DNA of 64,000 bases from the human T2T-CHM13v2.0 reference genome, Homo sapiens: assembly GCF_009914755.1 (NCBI RefSeq), contig NC_060947.1; one strand, given 5' to 3'. The notes under the pieces are model-generated. The model did no database searches, was not told the origin of the DNA, and was given only the letters and a program-made list of their open reading frames with translations. The translations under genes and the position numbers were made by a program. Positions 47,341 through 62,879 of this stretch are shown one piece after another. Numbering within the stretch: the first letter of the stretch is position 1; every line of letters starts with the position of its first letter.

Positions 47341-47636
47341 TGGAGACAGTGGCTCATGCCTGTAATCCCGGCACTTTGGGAGGCTGAGGCAGGAGAATTG
47401 CTTGAGCCCAAGAGTTCAAGACCAGCCTAGGTAACAAAGCAAGACCCCATCTCTACAAAAAATAAAAAAAGATTAGCTGGACATGGTGGTGTGCTTCTGT
47501 AGTCTAGCTACTCGGGAGACTGAAGCAGGAGGATCACTTGAGCTTAGGAGTTTGAGGTTATAGTGAACTATTATCATGCCACTGCACTCCAGCCTGGACA
47601 ACAGAGTGAAACCCTATCTCAAAAAAAAAAAAAAAA
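47341..47636 (+). mobile_element. AluJ
   Basis: Full dimer; imperfect TSD gaggaaStaca. Confidence 0.92.
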
Positions 47637-48689
47637 GGAGGAACTACAAAGGTAAAATTAGAGATCATTTTGCACTAAATTAGAATCAATATACAAAAAT
47701 ATCAAAATACAAAATATAAAGATTGGTGGGATGCAGCTAAAGCAGTGCTTAGTGGGGAACGTGAGTCAAATTGTTGAAATAAATTGTAAAAGTACCAGCA
47801 AAACTAAGGACCGACCTTATTGCTAGTTTCCTTCTTTGCTCTGACCACATTTTGGTCATTTATTCATTTAACAAACATTGATAAACACGTATTTTATGCT
47901 AGGCTCTTAAGTGTTTAAATGTCATCTTTAGCTCTAGGCTCTGGGATCCTAGTGTAGTGTCTCTGGGTGTAGCATAGTATTTGGGACATGGTAGGTGCTC
48001 AGTATATACTTGTGGACTGACTAAAAATAACCACAAGAGATCCTCCCCTGTGGTGAGAATTGTGGCGCAGATTTGGGGGCCAGGAGAACTTTCTGGAGGT
48101 AGTGGCAATAAATAATTCAGTTCTAAACTTGTTCTGAAAGTATTTAACCAGAGTACGGATTTTTATTATTGAAACATTTTTTTTCAGTTTTCATTTTCTT
48201 CCTTTTCTTGGGGAGTATGTAAAATAATGCAAGAATGCTTTCTAAATGAGTCCACGTTTATTCTTTGGATATTTGAATATGGTATGTAACTCTGGATACG
48301 ATCTCAAAGCAAAAATGATTTAGATTGAAGATTTTTGTAAAAAGCTTGAAATTGAAGTATACCGCTAATACAAATGAACTTTTTAAAAGTGGTGTGCCAG
48401 AAAACAGTAAATCAGTTTGGTAAATATGTAACTGTAGACATCCAAGACAGAGAAAATGAGGCCTGAGTTAAGGGACTAAGATGAAGGGAGATATTTCTAA
48501 GGCGAATCAACAAGGAGAGGTGGCGAATTGTACATGAGGGATTTGGCAGAGATACTGCAGCTCCTGGCACGACAAGAATTAGGATTTGTAAAAAGTTAGT
48601 GATTCTCTCTCCCTGCCGGTTTACATCACAACGTAGGTGTTGATCTAGGGAGGGAGTCAATGAGATAGAGCATTGCAGAGCTTGCTAGA

Positions 48690-48790
48690 GAGGCACAGGA
48701 AGTTGCCTGAAGTGAAGGAGGGGGTAGCGGCTGCAGAAGCTAAAGCTTCCGCCAAACAAAAGAGGACAGCACTTCCGGTCACGCCATCGT
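48690..48790 (+). promoter_or_regulatory. Core promoter: ETS/GABP and YY1-like motifs in a weak CpG-enriched region
   Basis: CACTTCCGGT (48770-48779), CGCCAT (48782-48787), CAGGAAGT upstream; local CpG retention ~48.5-49.3 kb; repeat-free. Confidence 0.7.
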
Positions 48791-48809
48791 TGCTGCCTTC
48801 TTCGTCAAG
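48770..48809 (+). other. Probable non-coding first exon of an unidentified gene
   Basis: Consensus donor AAG|GTGAGT at 48809/48810 right after the promoter motifs; no ATG; start position approximate. Confidence 0.65.
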
Positions 48810-50189
48810 GTGAGTGTAAAGAAGGGGACTTGGTAATTCTCACAAATAAATCCCCATACACTCCAGGGAAACCTCCTTTTGTGCCTCAACGTGGGGTGGA
48901 AAGGAGAATTCATCCCCGCGTGCGTTGTATGAAGGATGCTTCTGACGCCTGTGGTTCTGATCGCCTCGCTATCTCCTCCCTTCTCCTCCGGAGATGGGGG
49001 GCCCGCTCCTGCCTCACCTCCTCACTCTGGTGGTCCCTTTAACCGCTTGACTCCTGGTCATGGTTCACCTCTCCTCTTTATCCCGTATCCTCTTCTCTGG
49101 TCTGAGCCAGCGTCATTCCCTCTACCACAGGTCACTCCTACCTCCTACCTCTCACCTCCGCCTTCTGCCCCCCATCCTGTTAACCTGCGACTCTTTGCGA
49201 GCCCCTTCCTACCCTCTGTTTTACTCCCCCTGCTGGCCTTTGGTCTTTCCTGTTCCCCTCCCGCGGAGACCAGTAAATTACGTACTTTGCAACAGTAGGT
49301 GTGACTTCAAGGTCAAGGCTTTTTTTTTTTTTTTTTTTTGGTTCTTTTAAAGTATAAGCAAAGAAGCAGAAACCTTAGAGCCCTAAGAGGCATAGGCACT
49401 TGTCCAAATGATGTTCTTTTTTTTTTTTTTTTTAACTCTAAACAAAATTACACATCATTTAGATACTATTGCACAGGTTTCAGTCTTCTACACATTGCAT
49501 TTATTTTTTTATGTTGCCATAGAATTGAATCCTCAGATTTTGGGGGGCAAACATAGTGGATTATACCTGTAACCTGGTTTCAGCTTCAGCGTAAGCTTTC
49601 CCATCCCCTGTAAAACTTCTCTTAGCAGTGAAATGGTTGACAGGAATGGCATCCAGTCACAAATTTATTACTTTATATGAGTTGAGTTTATTATGCAATT
49701 TCTTTTCTGGTCTCTGATAGCAACATTAAACAGCAAGCTGACATTTTGCAGACGAAGACTTTTTCTGAGAGCTTTGCAAGTATTACACAATCTATTTGTT
49801 GCAATGTGAAATGTACTTTTCTATTACATTTGTTACCATGTCAAATTTATCTTGTGAGAACATTAGTTATTAAATAATAATCACAGTACCGAAATGATCA
49901 TTAAATTTATGCTGAGAATCAGAGTTTTCCAGGCTCTATCAGGATCTAACGAGGAATTTAACCAAAGTTCTCTTTGAATAAGCAGTGGACTCCTTCCTGT
50001 GTGTTATGCTTGCCAGACTAAGGGGTGATTATCTTTTCTAGGCCATGTATAGTTTTTATTTAAGAATAAACAATGAGGCAGAGCTTTTGTGACACCAAAA
50101 CACTTAGGAAAGAGTATTGCTGATGTCTCTTTATACTCTATTCAAATCATTATTACACAGCATTTAAATATCACACTTGTTTCAACCCA

Positions 50190-50950
50190 CTGTGCATCCA
50201 TCCATTCATTCAATAATTTTTTATTGAATAATTTTTATTTGCCAGACAGTGTTCTCAGCACTGGAGATACAACAGTGGATAACAAAAACAAAGTCTTTTA
50301 AACTATAGCTGGGAGACAGACAATAACTTAATATATAAACAATATATATTGGCAAGTGGCACTGGTGTTAAATGAACGAAACAAAAAAATACATGAAGAA
50401 ATAAAAAAGAAAAAAACAAAAAAAGAAATAAATATGTAATAGGTTGTAATGTGGACGGGTTCTACTATTTTAGATAGGATGGGCAGGAAGGCTTCACTGG
50501 TAAGGTGATATTTGAGCAGGAACCTGAAGGAACTGAGGGCACACACTATGCAGATATTAATGGGAAAACAGGATTTATGTCATAGTCTTTGCATTTGTTC
50601 ACTCTGTTTCCTAACCCGCGGCCACCTTCCCATTCCCCTAGTGGTCACTTTTCTGCATAGCATTAATTCAACGCTCTGCATACTCAAATAACCTGATCCA
50701 TTCACATTAATTTCTCATATTCTCTTCCTCCTGGCTAGCTTCTTGCTACCATTTAGGCGACTTGTCAGCCTCTTTAGGAAGACATATCACTATCTCCATA
50801 TTCACCTCATCCTCAGTTTGTTGATTGCTGGTGCATTGTGTGCTATCCTACAGGATATTTGATTATCTCTCTCGCTGCTCTTACCACTTTGTGTTCATAA
50901 TATGTTGTCCATAAATATTTGGTACGGTAAAGTGAAATGAATTCAGTGCT
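50190..50950. mobile_element. L2 fragments
   Basis: cattcattcaataatttttt...gacagtgttctcagcactggagatacaacagtg; caggaaggcttcactg. Confidence 0.75.
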
Positions 50951-51466
50951 TGTTTATAAAAGATAAAACTTTTAAATATGGCTTTCCCCCTAATGTTCAA
51001 CACTATTCTCTAAGGTCAGTATTATCATTGTCATTTTACTAATGCTAAAACCAAGACTAGGAGGTATGTAGTAACTTGCTAAACTGTGGTACAGTTTATG
51101 GAGTTAAGGTTTTTCAGGCACTCAGTCCTGGTCTGGTTCTCTCTATCTGTTTCTTAATGAGAAATAAAAAATATACAGAATATTTTATTATTTTATAAGA
51201 CAATCCGGGTATAGAAATTTTATTTTTTGTGCTTCTTTCACAACTTAGATCATATCAGGTGCTTGAATTACTCCCTAATTATAAATATTAAGCTCTGAGA
51301 GGCATGAATAATGCCTCTTTTTACCAGAATATTTTTAAATAAAAAATTAAACAAGCAGAAGTTGAAAGAAGAGTACAATGAAAACTTTTATATTCTGGAC
51401 CTAGATTCAACAACTGTTAACCTTTGCCATATTAGCTCACTCTCTCTATTACTCACTCTCTTTCTC

Positions 51467-51532
51467 CATGCATCCATCCATCCATCCATCCGTCCATCCG
51501 TCCATCCATCCATTTATCCATCCATCTATCTA
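51467..51532. repeat. (CCAT)n tetranucleotide repeat
   Basis: Direct reading. Confidence 0.9.
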
Positions 51533-51641
51533 TTTTTTTATCTATTTTGGCTGAACCATTTGACACTTGCAGGCATTATTTTAAGTAAATGTAAATACAT
51601 GCAGAAAAGTGCACATTGTCCTAAGTGTACAGCTCAAAGCA

Positions 51642-51961
<320 letters not shown>

Positions 51962-52475
51962 AGCTCAAAGCATTCTCACAAAGTGAACTCGGCTGTGTAA
52001 CCAGCATCAAGATCGGGAAATTTTGAAAGCCCCTAAATGTATCCCTTATTTGTTACTATTCCAAATTAATCACAATCCTGTCCTCTGTCATTGTATAATA
52101 ATAATTTTGTCTGTTTTTAAACTTTAAAAAGTAACACAGTTTGTGTTAATTTTTTGGCTTGAGGATTTGTTTTTGAGATTCATCCATATTATTGAGTGTA
52201 GTAGTAATTCCTCTATTTTCATTGCTATTCCATTGTATGAATGTACCACAATGTAGTTATCCTTTTATTGTAGATGACATTTTTGTTGTTTTCATTTTCA
52301 GCTTGCAAATAGTATTGTGAGCATTCTAGTACATGTCTTTTGGTGATATATTCACACATTTCTGTTGGACATATACCTAAGAGTAGAATTGCTGAATCAC
52401 AGGTTATGTATAAGATTAATTTTAGTAAATACTGCCAGCCAGCTTTCCAAGGTGATTGTACGAGAAGACTCCTAA

Positions 52476-52776
<301 letters not shown>

Positions 52777-54043
52777 AGAAATTTTTCAGAGTGGAAGTTG
52801 CTCTAGAATATAGCCAACACTTGCCTTTGTCTTGGTAGCTATTCTAATGGTTATGAATGGTATCTCACTGTGGTTTTATTTCGCATTTCTCTGATGATGG
52901 ACCTTTCCATAAGTTTGTTAGTCTTTTGGATATTTTTTATGAGGTGCCTGTTCAAATCTTTTGACTACTTTTTCTCCTGGGCTAACTTTTTTTTATTGAT
53001 TTATAGGAGCTCTTTCTATATTAAGGATGTGAATGCTTTGTCAGATATATGTATTACAAATCTCAGTGGCTTGTATCTTCAGTCTCTTCATGGTGTCTTT
53101 TGATGAACTGAATATCTGAATTCTAATATCATTCCGTTCATTATTTTTTTTCATTTATGGTTAGTGCTTCTTTGTACTGATTAGGAAACTTTTATATTTC
53201 CCAAGGCCATGAAGATAGTTTCCTAGGCTGTGTTATTGTTTAACCTTTCATATTTATGTTTATAATCTGTAATTGATTTTTGTGTATATTGTCAGTATGG
53301 GTATATGTAAAGGCCCTTTTTTTGTTGTTGAAGTGACATTCAGTCAACCCCAAACCACTTATTGAAAAGATCATTCTTTCCCTTTTGTAGTGCCATCCTT
53401 TTCATTAACTCAAATATATAAATCAATAATTTGATATAGTTCTGAATTCTGTTCAGTTTGGTTTGTCTATCCTTGTATGAATACCACTGTCTTAATTAAT
53501 GTAACTTCACAACATGCCTTATGTATGGTTATGTGAGTCTTACACTTTTGTTCTTTTTCTTCAATAATGCCTTGGTTATTCCTGGTCTTTTTCCTTATAC
53601 GTTTTAGAGCTAGTCAATTTCTACAAACATTCTTCTTGGCATTCTGATTGAGATACCATCTAACAGATCAGTTTAGGGAGCAGATATCATGGCACGTCAC
53701 CCTTAAATATCTCAGCATTCATCTCCTAATATTAGCATTACTTTGTAGTAATTAATTACCATTATCTCACTAAGGAAAATTAATGATTCCCTAATATCAA
53801 CAAATACCTAATCTTTTCAAATTTATTTTCCTCAATAAGCCTTTGTAAGCTGGTATTTAAAACTATCATCCAACCTAGATTAATGTATTGTTAAGTTTTT
53901 GGGGATTTTATTGGTGTTATTTTCTCTCCTTTGTTGAACTTGTGAATATTTATATATTTAGTACTTTTCAATCCATTGCAGTCATTATTTCTTCTGTTGT
54001 TCCAACTGTCCAATCATGTCAAGTGGGAGCCCATTCACATTCA

Positions 54044-54575
<532 letters not shown>

Positions 54576-54622
54576 TTAAGTAACCACCACGTCATTATTA
54601 TACTTAGTAAGATAAATAATAA

Positions 54623-54671
54623 TTTCTTTCTTTTTTCTCTTTTTTGAGACGGAGTCTTGCTCTGTGCCTGG
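54623..54671 (-). mobile_element. Internally deleted Alu remnant
   Basis: T-tail + gagacggagtcttgctctgt joined to gcctgg. Confidence 0.7.
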
Positions 54672-54684
54672 TGAATTGTCTTAA

Positions 54685-55106
<422 letters not shown>

Positions 55107-56149
55107 CCTTAGTCTCCTTTTTGAAAGATCGTTGATTAATTCAAGAAACTACGTCATTAGTTCTATAGACTGTCTCATCTGGATTTAGATGATTGCTTCC
55201 TTGAGGTGGCATTTATTTTGTTTTCTCATCCTCGTGTTTCCTATTTACTGACATTTAGAGCTAGAGGCTTGATTAGATTCAATTTTGATTATTTTTTAAG
55301 AGAAAGACTCATTTTAGGCAGTGCTGTTTACTTTCTATTGTATTTTATCATGTCTAATTTTATCTTTTTTTTAATTGATGCTGGGATTGATTTGTCATTT
55401 CAGGGTGTTTGTCGGGCTGATCTCTCCATTGTAGCTTTTCCCACCAACCTTTCTTCTGTTGGTTTTAGCAGCCATTGATGATAATTGCCTAGATTCATTA
55501 TTTCTGTAGAGGTTGAAAAATGGTGATATTTAATTCTTTCAATCTTTCTGCATTATTAACTGGAATTACTTTATAAAGAAGACTTTTTCCTTATCAGCTA
55601 TTTTTTGTCCTGAAGTATATTTCATAATAATCAAGATAAATGATGCTGCCGCTGCTGCTTTTTTTCATTTATCAGTGTTCATAGTAATGAGTTGGTTTCT
55701 TAGCAACCGCCACTGTTTTCTTTAATATCATTAAGAATTCATGGATTTTTATGTATTTTAAGTGTATCAACCCATTGTGGTCATTTTTTAATGCTTAAAC
55801 AGTGTCATCTTATAAATTAGGAGCCCCTTCTGTTTTCACTTCTATGTTTTTTTTTCACATTATCTCGTTAGTCTTTGTTGGCGTCCTTGCTTTTTGGCAT
55901 AAGCTATTTTAGGCTCATCATGTACACTCCCTGCCCCACCCCTGGAATTAGCCATTTTACAAGGAACTATGTAATTTTTCAGTGAACCTTGGTATTTAGA
56001 AACTAAGATGGGAATACTCAGGGGATTATTATTTTAAAAGTCATGCTACCTGATCTTTAGTTGTGCTCTTTTCCCTGCTATTGTGAATACATTGGAATGA
56101 CTCTTGCAGCATTTTATTGAAAATTCGCTAAACATGGCTTTCATTTGTT

Positions 56150-56570
56150 TATGTAGTCATTCATTCAGCCAAAATTTATAGAATGCTTACTATCATGTAT
56201 CTGGTCTTATGCTGGGCACAGGGAATGTGAGGGTAAACCTGACTGGTCTCCTGTCCTTGGAGAAGACTCATTCTAGTGTGGATATGAGCAAATACGCAGT
56301 GTCTAAAGAGCAGTGAACAGTACTGTGTTCATACTCTTTAGACACTGAGCATACTCTGGGCATAGGCAAATGGGCTATAGGAGCACAGAGAGGACATCCC
56401 AAAATGCTTTGGAAAGGGAAGATAATGCTTGATACTGGTGAGTAAATGAGGTATGAAGGTAGAAGAGTAATGAAGAGTGTTCCATTCAGCAAACTGGAAG
56501 AAGTAGGGGGGAATCTTGATATAGTCAAGGAAAGGCATATATGTAGTTGGTTATGATGGGAACATAATTG
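56150..56570. mobile_element. L2 fragment
   Basis: cattcattcagccaaaatttatagaatgcttactat... Confidence 0.65.
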
Positions 56571-57830
56571 TGTAAGTTTTTCAGTTTTCAGAAGATTGAC
56601 AAAATAGTCTATTTACCACAGACATGAAGATGTAAAATGTTGTATGTATGTGTTGTTGATTTTTATTTTAAATCTGATAATGAAATAATCCAAATTCTAA
56701 TTAAAATTAGTATTTAATGTACTTCTTGGACCTGATCATATTTTTTAGTTATTTCATTAATGTTAAAGCATAGTTACAGTTAGGAGATGTCTATTTCGTG
56801 TTTTAGTTCACTGCTTCTTTATTTTTTACTATTATTTTGCTTTATACGTGTTAAGAATCTGAATTTTCAAGATATGACATTAAAAATAGTGGCATATTTA
56901 TTGTGGCTCTTCATCTCCCTTCATTCTTTGGCTGCTATTTGTGTCAACCCGTTTAATACCATAATTACAGCCCCTTACATACTCACAAGGCAAAGTTGTT
57001 CCAGAAAACATGTCATCTCTCTTTATTACCAATTGGACATTATACTATACCTGTTACATTTTACAGCATGTTGCACCTGAGGCTATCCATCTGACAGATA
57101 CTGCATGAATAGTATGTTAAACACAGGTTTGTGGTTTACCGGAGTGCTATGGTTTACCAGTTGGGAATTTTGGGACCGTGAGTGTGGGAGAATCACTAGG
57201 CTTAGGAAGGAACCACATCTCATATGTGGCCAGGAGGTGAAGGGGTGTTCTAGAAATCATTGAAGAATGTGGGGAAGCTTATTTTTTAAGGGGGATTCTA
57301 GAGGTCACAAAGAAAATATTCCAGGTGGGAAGGAGAGCAGTGAAACAGTAGATTAAAGGGGAAGTGGGAGTAGATTACTACTTTTCATTCTCTCTATTTG
57401 TCTTCTTTATTATAAGAATAATATGTTCCCAGAGTCCTGAAAGGCAAGAAGTATGAGTGAACAAGCGGGGAGTCAGAGAAGGTGAGAAAGGAAAACATAC
57501 ACTGTCTGAGAACGTCAGATGTGATGGGAGAGCAGTGGGGGGAAGATAGATTGCAAGCCTTAGGATGGATTGATAAGTCTTAGAAAAGACAGATCATTAA
57601 TTAATTAATCAGTCAATTAACTAAAAACATACTGATGACTAGCTGGATAATGAGAACATGTAATTGACTTAAACATGTTTTCAACTGAGTGAGGTAGACA
57701 TAGACATTGCAACAGCGGTGCTATGCTAGAGGAGAGACCAAGGTGTGGTGCTGGCAGTAGAGACATAGAGGAAGGACCTCTAACCTACCTTAAGGGCTCA
57801 GAGAAGGCTTCCTAGAAGAGACCATATTAA

Positions 57831-57897
57831 GTGCACATGTACCCTAAAACTTAAAGTATAATAATAAAAATAAATAAATAAATAAATAAATAAAAAA
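57831..57897 (+). mobile_element. Extremely 5'-truncated young L1PA 3' end inside L2
   Basis: gtgcacatgtaccctaaaacttaaagtataataataaaa + (taaa)n. Confidence 0.9.
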
Positions 57898-58094
57898 CTG
57901 AATTTTGACAAAAAAAAGCTGTGAGTGGGACCAGAGAGCAAGTGGTCATTGGTCATTTAGACGATGTAAAGTAGCTGACTGGATATGCCATTTAGCCTTG
58001 AGCTTGAAAGTACCTAAAATAATGGGCAATTTAGAGGTTACTCTGTGGTCTAGTAAAGCTAAGGAAAAGGGGCAAATGGAAAGGAATAGTTTTA

Positions 58095-58685
58095 TAAATG
58101 GTGTCCCCATTCTCCCAGCCCATGGCAACCACTAATATACTCTCTGTCTCTCTGAATTTCCCTATTCTGAACATTTCATATAACTAGAGTCTTGAAATAT
58201 GTGGCCTTCTGTGTCTCACTTCTTCCAGTTAGCATAGTGTTTTCAAAGTTTATCCATATTATAGCATGTCTTAGTATTTCCATTCCTTTTCATGGCTGAA
58301 AGATATTCCATTGTATGAGTATACCACCTTTTATGTATTCATTCATCAGATTGTAGATGGACAGATGAGTTGTTTCTACTTTTTGGCTATTATGAATAAT
58401 GCTGCTGTGAACTTCTGGTATACGTTTTTGTGCAAACATATGTTCTTCTCATTTCTCTGGGGTATATGCCTAGGAGTGAAATTGATAGTAACTCTATACT
58501 TAACTCTTTGAAGAACTGCCAAACTCTTTTCCAAAATGGCTCTACCACTTAAATTCCCACCAGGAATGTATAAGGTTCCAATTTCTCCACATCCTTGCTA
58601 ACACTTGTTGTTTTCCTTTTTTTTTTTTTTTAAATTACAACCATCTTAGTGAGTATATATAATAAAGAATCTCACTTAATTTTTA
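58095..58685 (-). mobile_element. L1MB-like 3' end
   Basis: cccagcccatggcaaccactaat...ttttggctattatgaataatgctgctgtgaac. Confidence 0.85.
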
Positions 58686-58693
58686 AAATATAA

Positions 58694-59389
<696 letters not shown>

Positions 59390-59943
59390 ATTGGCACAGT
59401 GAGCTTGGTGCTCAGATAATGACAGCCATCATGGGGGGAAGGGAGTATCTTTCCTTAATTGCTTTGGCTCACTAATTGGTTCTGATGGCAAGCATAAACA
59501 TTGAGCCTGCAAGGGTAGCTAGTTTTTTAGTTGTACTGTGCTGTGTTGTATTGTTGACTCCTGTAGAACCTCTCTTACAGATTTAGCTAACTTGGAAGTT
59601 TAGGTAATTTAATGGACATTGAGGAACAGTAGTATGGGATCCTTAAAGTAGCCCTGGATCATGTGTCTCAGCCCAGACCTATTTGTGTGTCTTAACGTAA
59701 AGCTGTGACTGATGCTAGGCTCAGGAGGAAAACCATGTCTATGACTAGCTGGTTTTGTGTCTCAATTAGGCTCTGACCCTGACAGCTGACTGCCCATTGG
59801 GTGGTCGCTCTTGAGAGCAGTCATCAGGGAGTGAAAAAAAGAGAGAGAAAAGAGAAAAGAAACAGCTATTATGTGGCTTGCTGGGGTCTGGACTTCGAAG
59901 CACAAATGACTCACTAGAACCCTTAAATACCTCCGTTGTTATG

Positions 59944-60021
59944 GCTGTTGCTGCTGCTGCTGCCGCTGCCGCTGCTGCTACCGCCGCCGCCGCTGCCGCT
60001 GCCACTGCCGCCACCACCACC
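59944..60021. repeat. Imperfect GCT/GCC/ACC trinucleotide tract (26 triplets)
   Basis: Direct reading; poly-Ala in one frame of each strand. Confidence 0.95.
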
Positions 60022-60539
60022 TGTGCTTCTGTTGCAACAAAGATCCTGATCTTCAGGATTATAGGGAAAAACATTAGTGGCACCCCTGTAGCATGGAGAA
60101 AGGGGTAATTCAAACCCATAAAGCTCCTAGTCCTTTAATCTTATATGACCACCATTGCCTTTGGGGAGGCCCCTTACAGTGACAGTGCTGATTTGAGACT
60201 TTCTGCAGGAAGACATTTATAAATATGAGCAGGTTAGGGACCCCGCAGAAATATATCCAGTAACAACAGCAACAAAAAAACAAGTACAGTCATGTACAGC
60301 ATTATGATGTTTTGGTCAATGACAGATCACATATGAGGACGGTGGTCTCATAAGACTATAATGGAGCCGAAAAATTCCTGTCATCTAGTGATGTCATAGC
60401 TGTTGTAACATTGTAGTGCAATGCGTTACTCACGTATTTATGGTGATGTTGGTGTAAAGAAGCCTGTAGTACCAGTCATATAAAACTAGAACAAGTACCA
60501 TTATATATGGTACATAATACTTGATAATGATAAAAAAAC

Positions 60540-60886
<347 letters not shown>

Positions 60887-61216
60887 TTATCAGTATTTTA
60901 AAATGTAGTCTTTCTACCTATTAAAAAAAAAGTTAACTATAAAAGAGCCACAGACAGGTCCTTCAGGAGGTATTCCAGGAGAAGGCATTGTTATAGGAGA
61001 TGACAGCTCCATGTGTGTTATTGCCCCTGAAGAACTTCCGGTGGGACAAGATGTGGAGGTGGAAGACAGTGATATTGGTGATCCTGACTGTGTAGGGTTA
61101 GGCTAATTTGTGTGTATCTTAGTTTTTAAGAAAAAAGTTTAAGAAATAAAAAATTTTAAACAAATAAGCTTATAGAATAATAATATAAAGAAAGTATTTC
61201 TGTATAGCTGTATAAT

Positions 61217-61511
<295 letters not shown>

Positions 61512-61808
61512 ATGTGTTTGTGTTTTAAAAGCTAAACATCATTACAAAAGAGTCAAAAAGCTTTACAAAATTTTAAAAAGTTTATAAGTAAAAAGTTATA
61601 GAAAGCTAAGCTTAATTTATTATTGAAAGAAATGTTTAAAAAATGATTTTAGTGTAGCCTAAGTGTACTAAAGTGCACATTAGTGTACAGTAATGTCCTA
61701 GGCCTTCACATTCACTCACCACTCATTCACTGACCCACCCAGAACAACTTCCAGTCCTGCAAGCTTTATTCATGGTAAGTGCCCAGTACAAGTGTACCAT
61801 ATTTTGTC

Positions 61809-62105
61809 TTTTTTTTTTTTTGAGATGGAGTTTGACTCTTGTAGCCCAGGCTGGAATGCAATGGTGCGATCTCTGCTCACTGTAACCTCCTCCTCCCAGG
61901 TTCAAGTGATTTCTCCTGCCTCGCCCTCCCGAGTAGCTGGGATTACAGATGCCTGCTACCATGCCCGGCTAATTTTTGTATTTTTAATAGAGATGGGGTT
62001 TCACCATGTTGGCCAGGCTGGTCTCGAACTCTTGGCCTCAAGTGATCTGCCTGCCTGTGCCTCCCAAAGTGCTGGGATTACAAGCGTGAGCCACCGCGCC
62101 TGGCC
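61809..62105 (-). mobile_element. AluSq-like
   Basis: TSD atatttt(t)gtctttt. Confidence 0.93.
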
Positions 62106-62879
62106 ATATTTTTGTCTTTTATACCATATTTTTACTGTACCTTTTCTATGTTTAGGTAGGTTTAGATACACAGATACAAAAATACACAGATACACAAATT
62201 GTGTTAAAATTGCCTACAGTATTCAGTACAGTAACCTGCTGTACTGGTGTGTAGTCTAGGAGCAATAGTCCATACCATATAACACAGGTGTGTAGTAGTG
62301 TATACCATCTAGGTTTGTGTAAGTACACTCTGTGATATTCGCACAACAGTGATGAAATCACCTAATGACACATGGCATTTCTCAGAATGTATCTCCATTG
62401 CTAAGTGACACGATTGTAAAAGAAAGAAAAAAAAAAAACAGATATGAGAGGCAGAGGAAACAAACAGAAACGGAGATCCACAATTTGACCCAATTAGAAT
62501 CCAGAATTTATGGAAAAATTTTACTAAAAGAGCAAAAAGATAAAAGGGTGCTGATTGGTGTTGAAATGCAGTGGGTGGCAAAACTTCATGACCTTAATTA
62601 CTACTGGGGCTCAAATTGGTTATTATGTCAGGATCCCACTATATTTAATCAAGGTGCCTCCTGTAATCTAAGGGGAGTTCCTGAACAGGAAAGAGATAAA
62701 CAAGTATACCTCACATTAACTATCAGAACTATTGCCTTGCCTGAATTCCTCACATTTGTACCATTCATTGCCTTAAAATATCCCATAGTGGGTATGAGCA
62801 CTCTGATCCAATGAGTGATAAAATTAAGTATTTGGCACATGTGAATCCGTTTGACAATGTGAGATCCCAAGGACTATAC

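Larger units (their letters stand above)
44380..47760 (+). mobile_element. L1M ORF2 endonuclease-region remnant, interrupted by HSMAR2 and Alus
   Basis: KAGVVILISDK...KEGHYIIIK motif; sequence resumes seamlessly after 46916. Confidence 0.85.

Noticed and set aside
48770-48809. Assigning a gene symbol to the first exon
   Set aside because: No coding sequence available to recognise the gene
48830-49350. ORFs right after the promoter
   Set aside because: They lie downstream of the splice donor, in pyrimidine-rich low-complexity intron sequence
59766-60119. Poly-Ala ORFs as a transcription-factor exon
   Set aside because: Located inside ERV internal sequence; no recognisable domain; open frames follow from the triplet repeat
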